A stretch of 64,000 nt of DNA. It comes from Geopsychrobacteraceae bacterium. Its GTDB lineage: Bacteria; Desulfobacterota; Desulfuromonadia; Desulfuromonadales; Geopsychrobacteraceae. The translations under genes and the position numbers were made by a program. The DNA is taken from contig OY759353.1 of the NCBI GenBank assembly GCA_963662315.1, positions 992,001 through 1,056,000 of the forward strand, read 5' to 3'. Positions 28,428 to 38,303 of this stretch are shown in pieces (position 1 is the first letter of the stretch; each line of letters begins with the position of its first letter). The notes beneath the pieces are model-generated. The model was not told the DNA's origin and made no database searches. It worked only from the letters and a program-made list of their open reading frames with translations.

Positions 28428-29183
28428 CTATTTTGTCGTTTCAAAAGTCAGAGTAAAAACATGCCAGGCTATCTTTTTACCAGCCAAGGGCTTGTAATAA
28501 GCACCGGAAATAATTTGCAACCCCGGAGGCCCAACTTTAATCATCACGGGTTCCAGGTCAGTCCTTTCAGGCTGCTCTGGCTCCTCGATCGACGAATCGG
28601 AAGAAAGCGCCACCTTGGACCCCTTGACAGGCATAACCTGCCCTTCAAAGTAAAACTGAACCGGAAGCAGATCACCCTCTTTCAATTTGGTCGGATCCAT
28701 TAAGGGAACAGCTTCGGTACGCATTCCCAATGGCTTTGACAACCAAGGCTCCCAACGGCTAATGTGCTTCGAATATTTGTAAGAGACTCCCTCCTCGACA
28801 ATTGTCAGCCCCTTTTCCACACCTGCGGGTTGCTTAAGCTGTTTCCATCCATCCTCCTCGGTGTGATACCAATACCAGTTATCAAATACGATGCTTAAGG
28901 CCGGATAATCATCGGTCAGGTAGGCGAAGGCCTGATCATTCTTGCTTACAGGCTCAATTTCCGTCTTCCACCCGGTATCGGTATAGCCGATCAGACTGAC
29001 AATCCTCTCCGCAGGATAAGGATCAGTATGCCCCGGGTGTCCATAGAGAACGTGTACCTTGTCCTGTTCTTGCTCCATCCACAAGTTATGTGCCTGAACT
29101 GATGCGACCATAAAGGTCGATAGCAGGCACAACGCGAAAAAACATTTTAGAACCCTTTTTTGCATGGCTGACTCCTTCGTCAT
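28428..29183 (-). CDS. DUF4198-family periplasmic protein
   Basis: VQA|HNLWME, YGHP, KYSK, EAVPLMDP..LKEGD.LPVQ, TLTFE. Confidence 0.8.
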   Translation of the reverse strand: MTKESAMQKRVLKCFFALCLLSTFMVASVQAHNLWMEQEQDKVHVLYGHPGHTDPYPAERIVSLIGYTDTGWKTEIEPVSKNDQAFAYLTDDYPALSIVFDNWYWYHTEEDGWKQLKQPAGVEKGLTIVEEGVSYKYSKHISRWEPWLSKPLGMRTEAVPLMDPTKLKEGDLLPVQFYFEGQVMPVKGSKVALSSDSSIEEPEQPERTDLEPVMIKVGPPGLQIISGAYYKPLAGKKIAWHVFTLTFETTK

Positions 29184-29299
29184 TTTATTAGAGAGGGAAA
29201 TTCATTAGATGAGTACGCAGATCGCTTACAATTCCTTTTGCCATATAGGCACTGTGCGCTTACTGAGTACTCAAGCGAAAATGTACGTGATCGGGCGGG

Positions 29300-29342
29300 A
29301 TTATAGAGCAACAGAAAACCATAATCTGTGACGATTGTCATA
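29300..29342 (-). promoter_or_regulatory. CRP-type box plus -10 for the DUF4198 operon
   Basis: Minus strand TATGA-caatcg-TCACA, 21 nt, then TATAAT. Confidence 0.7.
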
Positions 29343-29495
29343 GATTATGAATTTCTTTTTCAATATTTTCATAGCACTATGTTTCATGAGCGGGCTCAAG
29401 TGATTTTATGTGAGACCCTTTTTTTATCTGCCAGAAAATTGCTCAACATCTGATATTCCTTAGTCGCAGCAGGATATCCTAGCCAGGATCTTAAA

Positions 29496-30761
29496 ATGAA
29501 TAAACAATCACGCTATAAAATGTACAAAAAGAGAAATCAACACCTACAGATTAAACAAGAAATACAGCAAATAACGCAATTTTCACCCACCTCGCATTGT
29601 GAGACAAAGAACAAGAACTTCCTCCAGGTTGATCTTGGGGACTATCGGATACATCACGTATTTGATGGCTTTCTGGATATCCTGCTCAATCTTCTGGCTC
29701 ACCGTGATTATTCAACTTATCTACATTCATTACGTGTGGCGGAGATCTCCCGCCGTATCGGCCGCAACCTTTTCCTGACCGAAGATGAAGTGATCTTATT
29801 GGAACATGGTGGGCTTATTCATGATATCGGTAAAATATCTATCCCGGATGACATATTACTCAAGCCTGGCCGTTTTTCGAATCAAGATCGCAATATTATG
29901 AATACTCACTCTGTGCTTGGCGCACAGCTATTCTACGGCAAAGGCATTGACGAACGCCTGGCAGAAATTGCCTTGAACCATCACGAACGACTTGATGGCA
30001 GCGGCTACCCTAACGGACTGCAAGGAGATCATATTTCCCTCTATGCACGAATTATTGCGGTCGCCGATGTTTATGAAGCGCTTATTGCCAAACGCCCCTA
30101 CAAGGAAAGCTTCAACCGTAAAACAGCTCTGGATAATCTGTGGCGCGATGTCGATGACGGTAAGCTGGAAGGCTCAATTGTCCTTGCACTTGAAAAGGTG
30201 ACCCTGTATTGGAATCCTTTAGAGATCAAGGGTCTATCTATTCCTGGACCTATTTTTCAGCTGGAGGACTTTCGCCGTTCAACCTATTTTCGTGAGCCGA
30301 TGAGCCCTTTCTATAACTACCGCTATCTCTTTACCCTTGAAAACAACCGAAAAATTCTCTTCAAACGTACATCCTACAGTTTACTGTCTATCTCATTTCT
30401 TCATCTTAAAATCCTAAACAGGGTAAAAGGCTACATTGAAACAGACCGGATTATAAACGCCTTTGGAGAACGGCTTCAGGAACATATCGATACTATTTGC
30501 GGCACACTATCATCACAGGGAGGCCAAACGCCCCTGCTGCTGAAAAAGGGGGCGGACTATGTCATCTACTGTCCTGACAACGGAAAATGCTGGCAACAAG
30601 TCCAACAAGCTATAGCGAATAGTATTAAAGAGGGTAAAGAGAAAAATCAGATCAGCTGTCTTTTGCATCACCGCAATTTTTCAGCAACTGTCCCCTTTGA
30701 GGACGCTTTGAATCAGCTTTTTGAAACGAGTGAATACAATGACCAAAAAATATGTTCGTGA
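29496..30761 (+). CDS. HD-GYP phosphodiesterase with degenerate C-terminal GGDEF-like domain
   Basis: HSLRVA, IHDIGKI, HHERLDGSGYP, VADVYEAL..RPYK; C-terminal EPMSPFYNYRY...KGADY. Confidence 0.9.
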   Translation: MNKQSRYKMYKKRNQHLQIKQEIQQITQFSPTSHCETKNKNFLQVDLGDYRIHHVFDGFLDILLNLLAHRDYSTYLHSLRVAEISRRIGRNLFLTEDEVILLEHGGLIHDIGKISIPDDILLKPGRFSNQDRNIMNTHSVLGAQLFYGKGIDERLAEIALNHHERLDGSGYPNGLQGDHISLYARIIAVADVYEALIAKRPYKESFNRKTALDNLWRDVDDGKLEGSIVLALEKVTLYWNPLEIKGLSIPGPIFQLEDFRRSTYFREPMSPFYNYRYLFTLENNRKILFKRTSYSLLSISFLHLKILNRVKGYIETDRIINAFGERLQEHIDTICGTLSSQGGQTPLLLKKGADYVIYCPDNGKCWQQVQQAIANSIKEGKEKNQISCLLHHRNFSATVPFEDALNQLFETSEYNDQKICS

Positions 30762-31695
30762 ACAGGGTAACCAGATACGACCTTTCCGGGTCTGGCCATT
30801 AGGTATAACAACACGGGTTGCGTTGTTTATAATGGTAATTGTTCTTATACCGATGATATTTACATCATGGCTCATTGAAAGTAGCCGCCTGCTGCCTGGT
30901 GACAACTATTATTTTGCGTTTCCTGCTGCTGTGGTCTTTTTGTTAACTCCTATATCACGGCTGGTTGCACATATTCTGATAAACCACGATATAAAAACCA
31001 TCAACCACTTCTGCGATGAAATTAAAAAGGGGAATTATCACAACTACTTTCAATTGGGAAACGAAGGTGAAAACGAGGACGAATTCCTCGTTCTGTTGCG
31101 TAATCTGACCTGGATGAGCCAAGGCTTGGCGCGCCGACAGGAAACTCTTGAATATCGCTACGAAAATGTTCAGCGCCAGTACATAGCTATGGAAGAACAG
31201 GCCTTCACCGATGCTCTGACCGGCTTATATAACCGTCACTACTTAGAGCACCTCTATAATAAAAAGACGCTGAAAAACAGTGAAACAACCTCCATTATCA
31301 GTGTTATATTTATCGACTGTGATGGCTTTAAACTGGTCAACGATAACCTTGGCCATCATATTGGGGATCAATTACTCAAAGATCTGGCCGCCGGGATACG
31401 CAAAGCTATCAGGCAAGGTACCGATATTCCCCTGCGCATGGGTGGTGACGAATTTGCTGTGCTGTTACCACAAACAGATGGTCGCCAGGCAGAAAAAATC
31501 GCTTATCGCATCCGCCTGCTATACAACAAGCTTAAAGTTCCTTTTACATCTTTGTCGATTGGTGTTGCCTCTTCACTATGTACGATAGAAAACTACCGCT
31601 TCCACCTCGAACAACTATTTCGCCAGGCAGATGAACAAGCCTACAGGATTAAACAAGAAGGTGGAAATGGAATTGCCCGAACTAAAGCCGCCTGA
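30739..31695 (+). CDS. Membrane-anchored diguanylate cyclase
   Basis: Two TM segments, HAMP-like linker, DALTGLYNR, DGFKLVNDNLGH, GGDEF. Confidence 0.92.
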   Translation: MTKKYVREQGNQIRPFRVWPLGITTRVALFIMVIVLIPMIFTSWLIESSRLLPGDNYYFAFPAAVVFLLTPISRLVAHILINHDIKTINHFCDEIKKGNYHNYFQLGNEGENEDEFLVLLRNLTWMSQGLARRQETLEYRYENVQRQYIAMEEQAFTDALTGLYNRHYLEHLYNKKTLKNSETTSIISVIFIDCDGFKLVNDNLGHHIGDQLLKDLAAGIRKAIRQGTDIPLRMGGDEFAVLLPQTDGRQAEKIAYRIRLLYNKLKVPFTSLSIGVASSLCTIENYRFHLEQLFRQADEQAYRIKQEGGNGIARTKAA

Positions 31696-31773
31696 CAGGA
31701 TTGGTCCAGGCACCTCCCCCATTATTCTGAGTCAGCTTCTGCCCGTCTGCGCTCATTGAGTATCATAAAAGTC

Positions 31774-31941
31774 ATAGAGTATCCAAGGGCCAGATATCAT
31801 GCTATGAACTGTGAACGAAAGCATTGTGATGCTTTTGAAGGTGAGGAGGATTTCCATCTCTTTATCGGCATTTTGAAAAGCCAGCGCCAGCGCAGCTATT
31901 TCAAGATTTGAGTCTATACTGGAGGGGAATGTTACTTTCAG
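31774..31941 (+). pseudogene. RAYT/Y1 (IS200-like) tyrosine transposase remnant, copy 1
   Basis: IEYPRARYHAMNC...AFEGEEDFHLFIGIL resembles the RAYT N-terminus (RIEYPGAxYHVMNRG...F..DF); homologous to 42913-43095. Confidence 0.6.
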
Positions 31942-31947
31942 CTCTCT

Positions 31948-31992
31948 AAAAAAAGCCGGTCCGGTAGTACTACAAGTGCCACCGGACCGACT
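31948..31992 (-). terminator. Intrinsic terminator after GH3
   Basis: Minus strand GTCGGTCCGGT...ACCGGACCGGC stem followed by a T run. Confidence 0.65.
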
Positions 31993-32100
31993 GGTTGATT
32001 TCTACTTAACAACCTGAACCCTCTTGCTCCACAGCTCGCGCATCACAGAAACAGACTCTTTAACAGCGTTGCGGAGCAAAACCTGATCGTCTTTGTTTAT

Positions 32101-34224
32101 TTACGGCATGGGATAAGACAAACCATACCCAAAGGGATAGAGGGTATCTGCACCAGGATATCCCGGTGCATCCTCATCCTGATCGATGACAGCCTGCAGA
32201 TTATTTGCTAAAGCAAAAGGAAGTTTCCCCTGAGGATTTTGAACTCCGGTCAGAACATCCATCAAGGCATTATCGCTGACACCAAAGGTGGCCAGCAAAG
32301 CTCCCGCATCGCGAACGCCCGAAGCGTCATCAATGACATAAGGTTGCCGGAAGTAAATGGAGATGACTGTATTTTCAGCGCCAACGGTAGCCATAACCGT
32401 ATTAATGTCAGCAAGAGACGGGGTCATCTTCCATGATGCTGCATCGGTCATGGAGGAGAAAGACAACTTACTCAGTTCATCCGGATTGGCACCACCATAA
32501 AACAGGTAAGGGAGATGGCCGCTGTTATCAACAGTGACGCGGATAACAGCGACGTCTGCACCGCTGGCAGCGGCAACGCCATCAGTATCGCCATCAATAA
32601 CCGCATAGCTGCCCCATTCAGCATCGCTGACAACATCCGGATTCATCCCCATGGTAAAGAGGGTGACCTTGTCCCCTGCCGTGCCATCCTCATTCAGATC
32701 GTCAGCCGGTGGCAAAGGCAAAACCGAGTCGTCGGTGTTTTTCAGCAAGACAACCGATTTCCTCTGCGCTTCCATGCCGAGTTCACGGAAAGCGGCTTTC
32801 CCAACGGTCGCCGTTGCCACAGCGGGATCAACATAAGGATTTTCAAAAAGACCCAATTCAAACTGAACCTTCAGCAAACGTTTTACAGACTCATCAACCC
32901 GACTTTCGGGCACCTGCCAATAGCCATTGCCTATGGCACTCATAATCTTCGCGTTGTCGTGGTAACCTGAAAGAACATCGACTCCGGCATCAATGGCGAT
33001 GAAAATCAGCTGTTCTTCTGTCAGGTCTTCCAGTCCCCAGGCCTGATTGACGATGATCCCAGTGTCGGAATTAACAACGCCTTCAAAACCTAGCTCCCCC
33101 CTCAACAGGTCGGTCACAATTCCCCTGGAAAAGGACATCCCGACATCATTCGGATAGTATGCTTGATTAACCGGAATACCGTAATAGGGCATTATGGCAG
33201 CGACACCGCTATCAATAGCCGTCCGGAATGGCTTGAGGTGGTAGGCAAAATTATTTGCAGGATAGGCCTGATTTTTTCCGAAGTCATAGTGGGGATCAGC
33301 ACCATCCAGCTGAGGACCACCACCAGGAAAATGCTTCATGGTCAGCATCACACTGCCAGCCCCCAGTTTGGCTCCCTGAATATTTTTCACCAGAGTCCCC
33401 ATAATATCAGCCGCCAGATCGGCATCTTCAGTAAAGGTCTCATGAACTCTGAACCAGCGTGGTTCCGTTGCCAGATCAGCCATGTACCCGTACATTCCCC
33501 TTAGCCCGATGGATGTCCATTCAGCAGCCATTGTCTGACCGAATTGAGCGATAAGATCCATATCCCGTGTGGCTGCAAGACCTGCTTCTTTAGGCCATTC
33601 TGAAAAAGACCCAGCCGCAACATTCACCCCCGCTCTGGCATCATGGGTGTAGTGATTACGTGCATTCGACTTAAAAAGAACCGGAATCCCCAGCCGTGTC
33701 GATTCGGCGAGTTGCTGCATAGAATTCATAAAAGCAGCTGCTTCCGCAGGAGAAACCTCCGCCGAGGCCCCCCATCCTCCTCCTGAAACCGTATCTGCCG
33801 GATCACCGGTAACGGTGTTCCTGAAAATAAACCGGGTCATGTGTTGGCTGTTGACATAGTCAGCAGCATTATTAGGCAGGGCTCCATCCAGATCTGAGCC
33901 GAGGGTGTCTATCATCATCATGCCAGCTTTTTCCTCAAGGGTCATCTGGCTGACGAGATCATCAATCCGCTCGTCGATGGGGGCGCGCCAATCCTCATAA
34001 GTGTCCAACTTGCCGTTATTATTAAGATCTTTAAACTCAAATGAATCCACGGTGATAACATCTTTTGAGCGCGCATCCAGAGAGGCCTGCACTATCGAAT
34101 CCGAATCTTTGTCGTCAGAGGAATCGGAGCATCCTGATATAAAACCGGTCATTACAAACAATACAGCACTCAGGAAGACAATCGAACTCCTGAAAGCCAC
34201 TCGCAAGCCACGTTCTTGTTTCAT
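32101..34224 (-). CDS. Glycoside hydrolase family 3 lipoprotein (beta-glucosidase/xylosidase)
   Basis: Lipobox ISGC, KDLNNNGKLDTYEDWR, MTLEEKAG, KHFPGGG, IMPYY, VNSD, GKLPF, PFGYGLSY. Confidence 0.93.
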   Translation of the reverse strand: MKQERGLRVAFRSSIVFLSAVLFVMTGFISGCSDSSDDKDSDSIVQASLDARSKDVITVDSFEFKDLNNNGKLDTYEDWRAPIDERIDDLVSQMTLEEKAGMMMIDTLGSDLDGALPNNAADYVNSQHMTRFIFRNTVTGDPADTVSGGGWGASAEVSPAEAAAFMNSMQQLAESTRLGIPVLFKSNARNHYTHDARAGVNVAAGSFSEWPKEAGLAATRDMDLIAQFGQTMAAEWTSIGLRGMYGYMADLATEPRWFRVHETFTEDADLAADIMGTLVKNIQGAKLGAGSVMLTMKHFPGGGPQLDGADPHYDFGKNQAYPANNFAYHLKPFRTAIDSGVAAIMPYYGIPVNQAYYPNDVGMSFSRGIVTDLLRGELGFEGVVNSDTGIIVNQAWGLEDLTEEQLIFIAIDAGVDVLSGYHDNAKIMSAIGNGYWQVPESRVDESVKRLLKVQFELGLFENPYVDPAVATATVGKAAFRELGMEAQRKSVVLLKNTDDSVLPLPPADDLNEDGTAGDKVTLFTMGMNPDVVSDAEWGSYAVIDGDTDGVAAASGADVAVIRVTVDNSGHLPYLFYGGANPDELSKLSFSSMTDAASWKMTPSLADINTVMATVGAENTVISIYFRQPYVIDDASGVRDAGALLATFGVSDNALMDVLTGVQNPQGKLPFALANNLQAVIDQDEDAPGYPGADTLYPFGYGLSYPMP

Positions 34225-34285
34225 AAATTCTCCTCTTGGATTTATGTTCACGACATAAAGAGGCAAAGACGTTGGACGGCCTCAA

Positions 34286-34320
34286 TTTCGACTTTGTATC
34301 CTCAAAATACAAAGTCGAAA
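34286..34320. promoter_or_regulatory. Palindromic operator, probably bound by the adjacent ROK repressor
   Basis: TTTCGACTTTGTAT-N7-ATACAAAGTCGAAA; second copy at 42761-42787. Confidence 0.75.
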
Positions 34321-34527
34321 TTAAACCCCTTTCTATTTTATGTCAACCGGTTTTTTGAAATGGTGAAAAGGCATGAAAATACGCACGAACATCCATATTT
34401 CCAAATAGTTGTTTTTTTATATTTCGCACTTTCCCAGGTAAAGGTAATATGCTAACTCTTAGCCATCTCGGGTAACGGTGAGAACGATTCAAGCCGAATC
34501 AATTCCTCAGAAAAGGATTTTACTGCC

Positions 34528-35754
34528 GTGTCATTAAACACAGTCACATCTTTAGACAAAACAACGATGCGTTCTATAAATCAGTACAAGGTGTTATATA
34601 TTATTCGTGATTGCCAACCGATTTCACGACCGGATATCGCCAAAAGAACGGGGTTGAGTCGGGGCGCTGTTTCAACGATTACCGGCCATTTGCTGGATAA
34701 AAACTTATTACTGGAAAAGGAAATTGGGGTTTCGATTGGTGGCCGTCGACCGGCGTTGCTGGCCTTGAATCCGGAGGGTGCTTACACGATAGGGGTTTTT
34801 CTTTCCGAGCAACGCATCAATGTAGTCATTATCAATCTTCAGGCCGATATCCTGGCAGAGCATTCGATGTTTTTTGAAGAAAAAGACACCTCTCCTGAGG
34901 TTGTTGCTGAAAAAATAGCCCAGGCGGTTCACCTCTGTATCAGCAACACGAAGCTGACATTAGAACAAATTTCCGGGATCGGACTCGCAGTTCCGGGCCT
35001 GATTGCCTCTCCCGACAGCCTCGTTAAATTTGTATTGAACTACCAATGGGAAAATATTCATTTCAAAGAAATTCTCAATAAAAAGCTCAGCATCCCCATC
35101 TATATCGAGAATAGCGTCAAGTGCGTATCCCTGGCTGAACAATGGTTTGGAGAGGGCAAGGATGTGGACAACTTCATTGTTGTCAATCTCGCTCAAGGGA
35201 TTGCGATTGGAATTGTCATCAACGGCCAACTTTACACTGGAACCTCCGGTATGGCTGGAGAGTTCGGCCACACAACAATTGATTCATCGGGACCTCTCTG
35301 CAGGTGTGGAAAAACGGGTTGTTTTGAAGCATTTACAGGGAATCACGCCATCCTCAACCGAGCCAGAGAACTCGCATTGGAAGGCCAATGGAAAACAGAT
35401 ATGGATTTGGATGAATTGACAATAGAAGATATTGTCCGTTCAGCTCACGATGGTGAAGAATCATTGATTGCATTGTATCAAGCAGCCGGCCGCGCCCTTG
35501 GAATCGGAGTCGCTAACCTCATGCAGATATTCAATCCTTCCAAAATCATCATCACGGGAAGGGGCACTATTGCTGGAAACCTGTTGTTTGACAGCATGTA
35601 TGAGACAATTCCGCAATTCCTGCCCGGAAATGGAGACAACCGTGCTGAGGTTGTTGTGCCGAAGTGGAAACATACTGATGCGGCCAGAGGCGCAGGGGTC
35701 AAGGTTTTACAGGAAATCTATCAAGTCACGCATGACAGGAAAGTGTCAAAATAA
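34528..35754 (+). CDS. ROK-family transcriptional repressor (XylR/NagC-like)
   Basis: HTH ISRPDIAKRTGLSRGAVS, GGRRP, AGEFGH, CRCGKTGCFE. Confidence 0.93.
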   Translation: MSLNTVTSLDKTTMRSINQYKVLYIIRDCQPISRPDIAKRTGLSRGAVSTITGHLLDKNLLLEKEIGVSIGGRRPALLALNPEGAYTIGVFLSEQRINVVIINLQADILAEHSMFFEEKDTSPEVVAEKIAQAVHLCISNTKLTLEQISGIGLAVPGLIASPDSLVKFVLNYQWENIHFKEILNKKLSIPIYIENSVKCVSLAEQWFGEGKDVDNFIVVNLAQGIAIGIVINGQLYTGTSGMAGEFGHTTIDSSGPLCRCGKTGCFEAFTGNHAILNRARELALEGQWKTDMDLDELTIEDIVRSAHDGEESLIALYQAAGRALGIGVANLMQIFNPSKIIITGRGTIAGNLLFDSMYETIPQFLPGNGDNRAEVVVPKWKHTDAARGAGVKVLQEIYQVTHDRKVSK

Positions 35755-35863
35755 CGGGGAGAAAATAACTCGCACTTTTTACGCCCCACAACAGCGTCAA
35801 CCTCCCCCTTCCATGATCTAAGATCATACCTTTGTCGCTTGTCCAGCGTCTCTATTTTTAAAT

Positions 35864-36043
35864 GGTTGTCATCTGGAAACTCTGAAGAGCAACGGTTAAG
35901 TTTTCAGATTAGAAACAAGCATTTTTTTGTTATAGCGATGAATTCAATGGGTTGCGCTAAGGCGTAGCACCTTACGCCGCACAAGAAAACCCGCAGATTG
36001 ATACCGCCACAGCGGAAAAAGTCCGCTTCCGGATGAAAACTAA
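35864..36043. repeat. Possible degenerate MITE-like element
   Basis: Imperfect terminal inverted repeats GTTGTCATCTGGAAAC / GCTTCCGGATGAAAAC; internal GGCGTA-GCACCT-TACGCC hairpin. Confidence 0.35.
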
Positions 36044-36144
36044 TCAACAATCAACTTAGCTGCATTTATCCAGAGATGTTTCCTCTTTACTACATAGTAC
36101 GGTATAGCATAGTATGACAACAAAACCAACATAAGGAGGATTTC

Positions 36145-36984
36145 ATGGGATTGGATCTGTCAGGAAAGGTTGCCGTTGTTACCGGAGGCGGCGGTGTTTT
36201 GGGAGCATCATTTGCTGAGGCGTTGGCCTCCAAAGGCGCATCTTTAGCGGTCCTGGACTTGAATGAAGAGGCCGCAACCAAGGTTGCTGATGAAATATCC
36301 TCAAAAGGAAATAAGGCCATTGCTATCCAGACTGATGTGCTTAACAGAGAGAGTCTGGAAAAAGCGGAAAAAATCGTTCGAGAAAAACTGGGGATTTGCA
36401 GTATCCTGGTAAATGGGGCTGGTGGCAATCATCCGAAGGGAACCACAGACAATGAATTCCTGACCCCAGAAGACCTGGAAAAGGAAGGTCTGAAAACCTT
36501 TTTTGACCTGGATGAAAATGGAATCCGCTTTGTTTTTGATCTGAATTTTCTGGGCTCCCTGCTGACATCTCAGGTTTTTTGCAGGGCGATGGTTGGTCAA
36601 GAGGACAATTGTGTCATCAACATCTCTTCAATGAATGCTTTTACGCCGTTAACAAAAATTCCGGCCTATAGCGGTGCTAAAGCCGCCGTCAGCAACTTCA
36701 CCCAGTGGCTGGCGGTGCATATGTCAAAAGTCGGCATCCGGGTGAATGCCATCGCACCAGGTTTTTTCCTGACCAACCAGAACAGATCCCTTCTGGTCAA
36801 CGAAGATGGCAGTTTTAAACCGCGAGCGGAAAAAATCTTGGGGCAAACCCCCATGGCCCGCTTTGGTGAACCGGAAGAGCTTCTCGGGACCCTGCTCTGG
36901 CTGGTGGATTCACGCTCTTCCGGATTTGTTAACGGCGTCGTTATTCCTGTGGACGGCGGATTCTCCGCATATTCCGGAGTTTAG
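36145..36984 (+). CDS. uxuB: SDR-type D-mannonate oxidoreductase
   Basis: TGGGGVLG, NGAGGNHP, PLTKIPAYSGAK, VDGGFSAYSGV; adjacent to uxuA. Confidence 0.88.
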   Translation: MGLDLSGKVAVVTGGGGVLGASFAEALASKGASLAVLDLNEEAATKVADEISSKGNKAIAIQTDVLNRESLEKAEKIVREKLGICSILVNGAGGNHPKGTTDNEFLTPEDLEKEGLKTFFDLDENGIRFVFDLNFLGSLLTSQVFCRAMVGQEDNCVINISSMNAFTPLTKIPAYSGAKAAVSNFTQWLAVHMSKVGIRVNAIAPGFFLTNQNRSLLVNEDGSFKPRAEKILGQTPMARFGEPEELLGTLLWLVDSRSSGFVNGVVIPVDGGFSAYSGV

Positions 36985-36996
36985 GAGGATTACATC

Positions 36997-38208
36997 ATGG
37001 CATTAGAAGAATCTTTTCGCTGGTACGGACCGAATGACACGGTCTCGTTGGAATACATCAAACAGACCGGCGCGACAGCGGTCATTACCAGTTTGCACCA
37101 GATCCCATACGGTGAAGCTTGGTCTTATGAGAGCATTATAGAACGTAAGACCATGGTTGAAGCCGCAGGCCTCCGCTGGGCTGCCGTGGAATCGGTTCCG
37201 GTCCACGAGGATATTAAAACACGAACCGGAAACTACCAGCAGTATATTGAAAATTACAAAATCAGCCTTGCAAACCTGGGAAAAGCAGGCGTGGATGTTG
37301 TTATTTACAACTTCATGCCGGTCCTGGATTGGGTGCGGACCGATCTGGCCCACAAACTGGAAGACGGAACGGAATGCCTTTATTTTGATCCCGTTCAATT
37401 CGCTGCTTTTGAAATCTATCTACTGAAGCGGGAAGGTGCCGAGGCAGATTATTCCGCCGAACAGCTGGATAAGGCCAAACAATTTATCAACAGCCTCTCG
37501 GATGAGGAAAAGAAAACCTTTGAACGAAACCTGATCGATGTCTTCCCCGGGACCAAGATGGGATTGGATATCCAGGATGTCCGGGATATGCTGGCAAAAT
37601 ACAAGAACATCAACCGGGAAAAGTTGAAAGAACATTTCAAGCTTTTTCTGGAAGAGGTCATTCCCGTTGCGTCACAGTCCGGAGTACGGCTTGCCGTGCA
37701 TCCTGATGATCCACCATGGAACATCATGGGGCTTCCGCGTATTGTCAGTTGCGAGGAAGATATTCGTGATCTGTTGGCGATGGTCGATGATCCTGCCAAC
37801 GGTCTGGCCTTCTGCACGGGAAGTTACAGCCCCCGGGCGGATAACAATTTACCCGAGATGATCAGGAAATTCGGACACCGGATTAATGTTGCCCACCTGC
37901 GCAGTACCCAGCGCAACCCCGATGGCAGTTTTTATGAGGCAAATCACCTGGAAGGGTCTGTCGATATGTATAGCGTCGTCAAGGCTCTGCTGGAAGAGAT
38001 GGCAGTTAGAAAAAAGGCAGGGCGGAAGGATTGGCGACTGACATATCGTCCTGATCATGGGCACACGATGATGGATGATCTGGCCAAACCCCCGATTGAC
38101 AATCCCGGATACACAGCCATCGGACGAATGAGAGGGCTTGCCGAGATCCGAGGCTTGGAGCTTGGAATTCTTCGCTCAACTCCCAGTTTGGCAGATTTGG
38201 ACGATTAA
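36997..38208 (+). CDS. uxuA: Mannonate dehydratase
   Basis: FRWYGPND, VESVPVHEDIK, YNFMPVLDW, HPDDPP, RPDHGH, PGYTAIGR. Confidence 0.97.
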   Translation: MALEESFRWYGPNDTVSLEYIKQTGATAVITSLHQIPYGEAWSYESIIERKTMVEAAGLRWAAVESVPVHEDIKTRTGNYQQYIENYKISLANLGKAGVDVVIYNFMPVLDWVRTDLAHKLEDGTECLYFDPVQFAAFEIYLLKREGAEADYSAEQLDKAKQFINSLSDEEKKTFERNLIDVFPGTKMGLDIQDVRDMLAKYKNINREKLKEHFKLFLEEVIPVASQSGVRLAVHPDDPPWNIMGLPRIVSCEEDIRDLLAMVDDPANGLAFCTGSYSPRADNNLPEMIRKFGHRINVAHLRSTQRNPDGSFYEANHLEGSVDMYSVVKALLEEMAVRKKAGRKDWRLTYRPDHGHTMMDDLAKPPIDNPGYTAIGRMRGLAEIRGLELGILRSTPSLADLDD

Positions 38209-38240
38209 CAATCTATTGCAAAAAACAACCCGAACCGTAT

Positions 38241-38278
38241 TATGTTCAACCGGGATATCAATATCCCGGTTGAACATA
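38241..38278. terminator. Perfect 18-bp inverted repeat after uxuA
   Basis: TATGTTCAACCGGGATAT-ca-ATATCCCGGTTGAACATA. Confidence 0.6.
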
Positions 38279-38303
38279 AACTCCGCAACAAAGGAGCTCT
38301 CCC

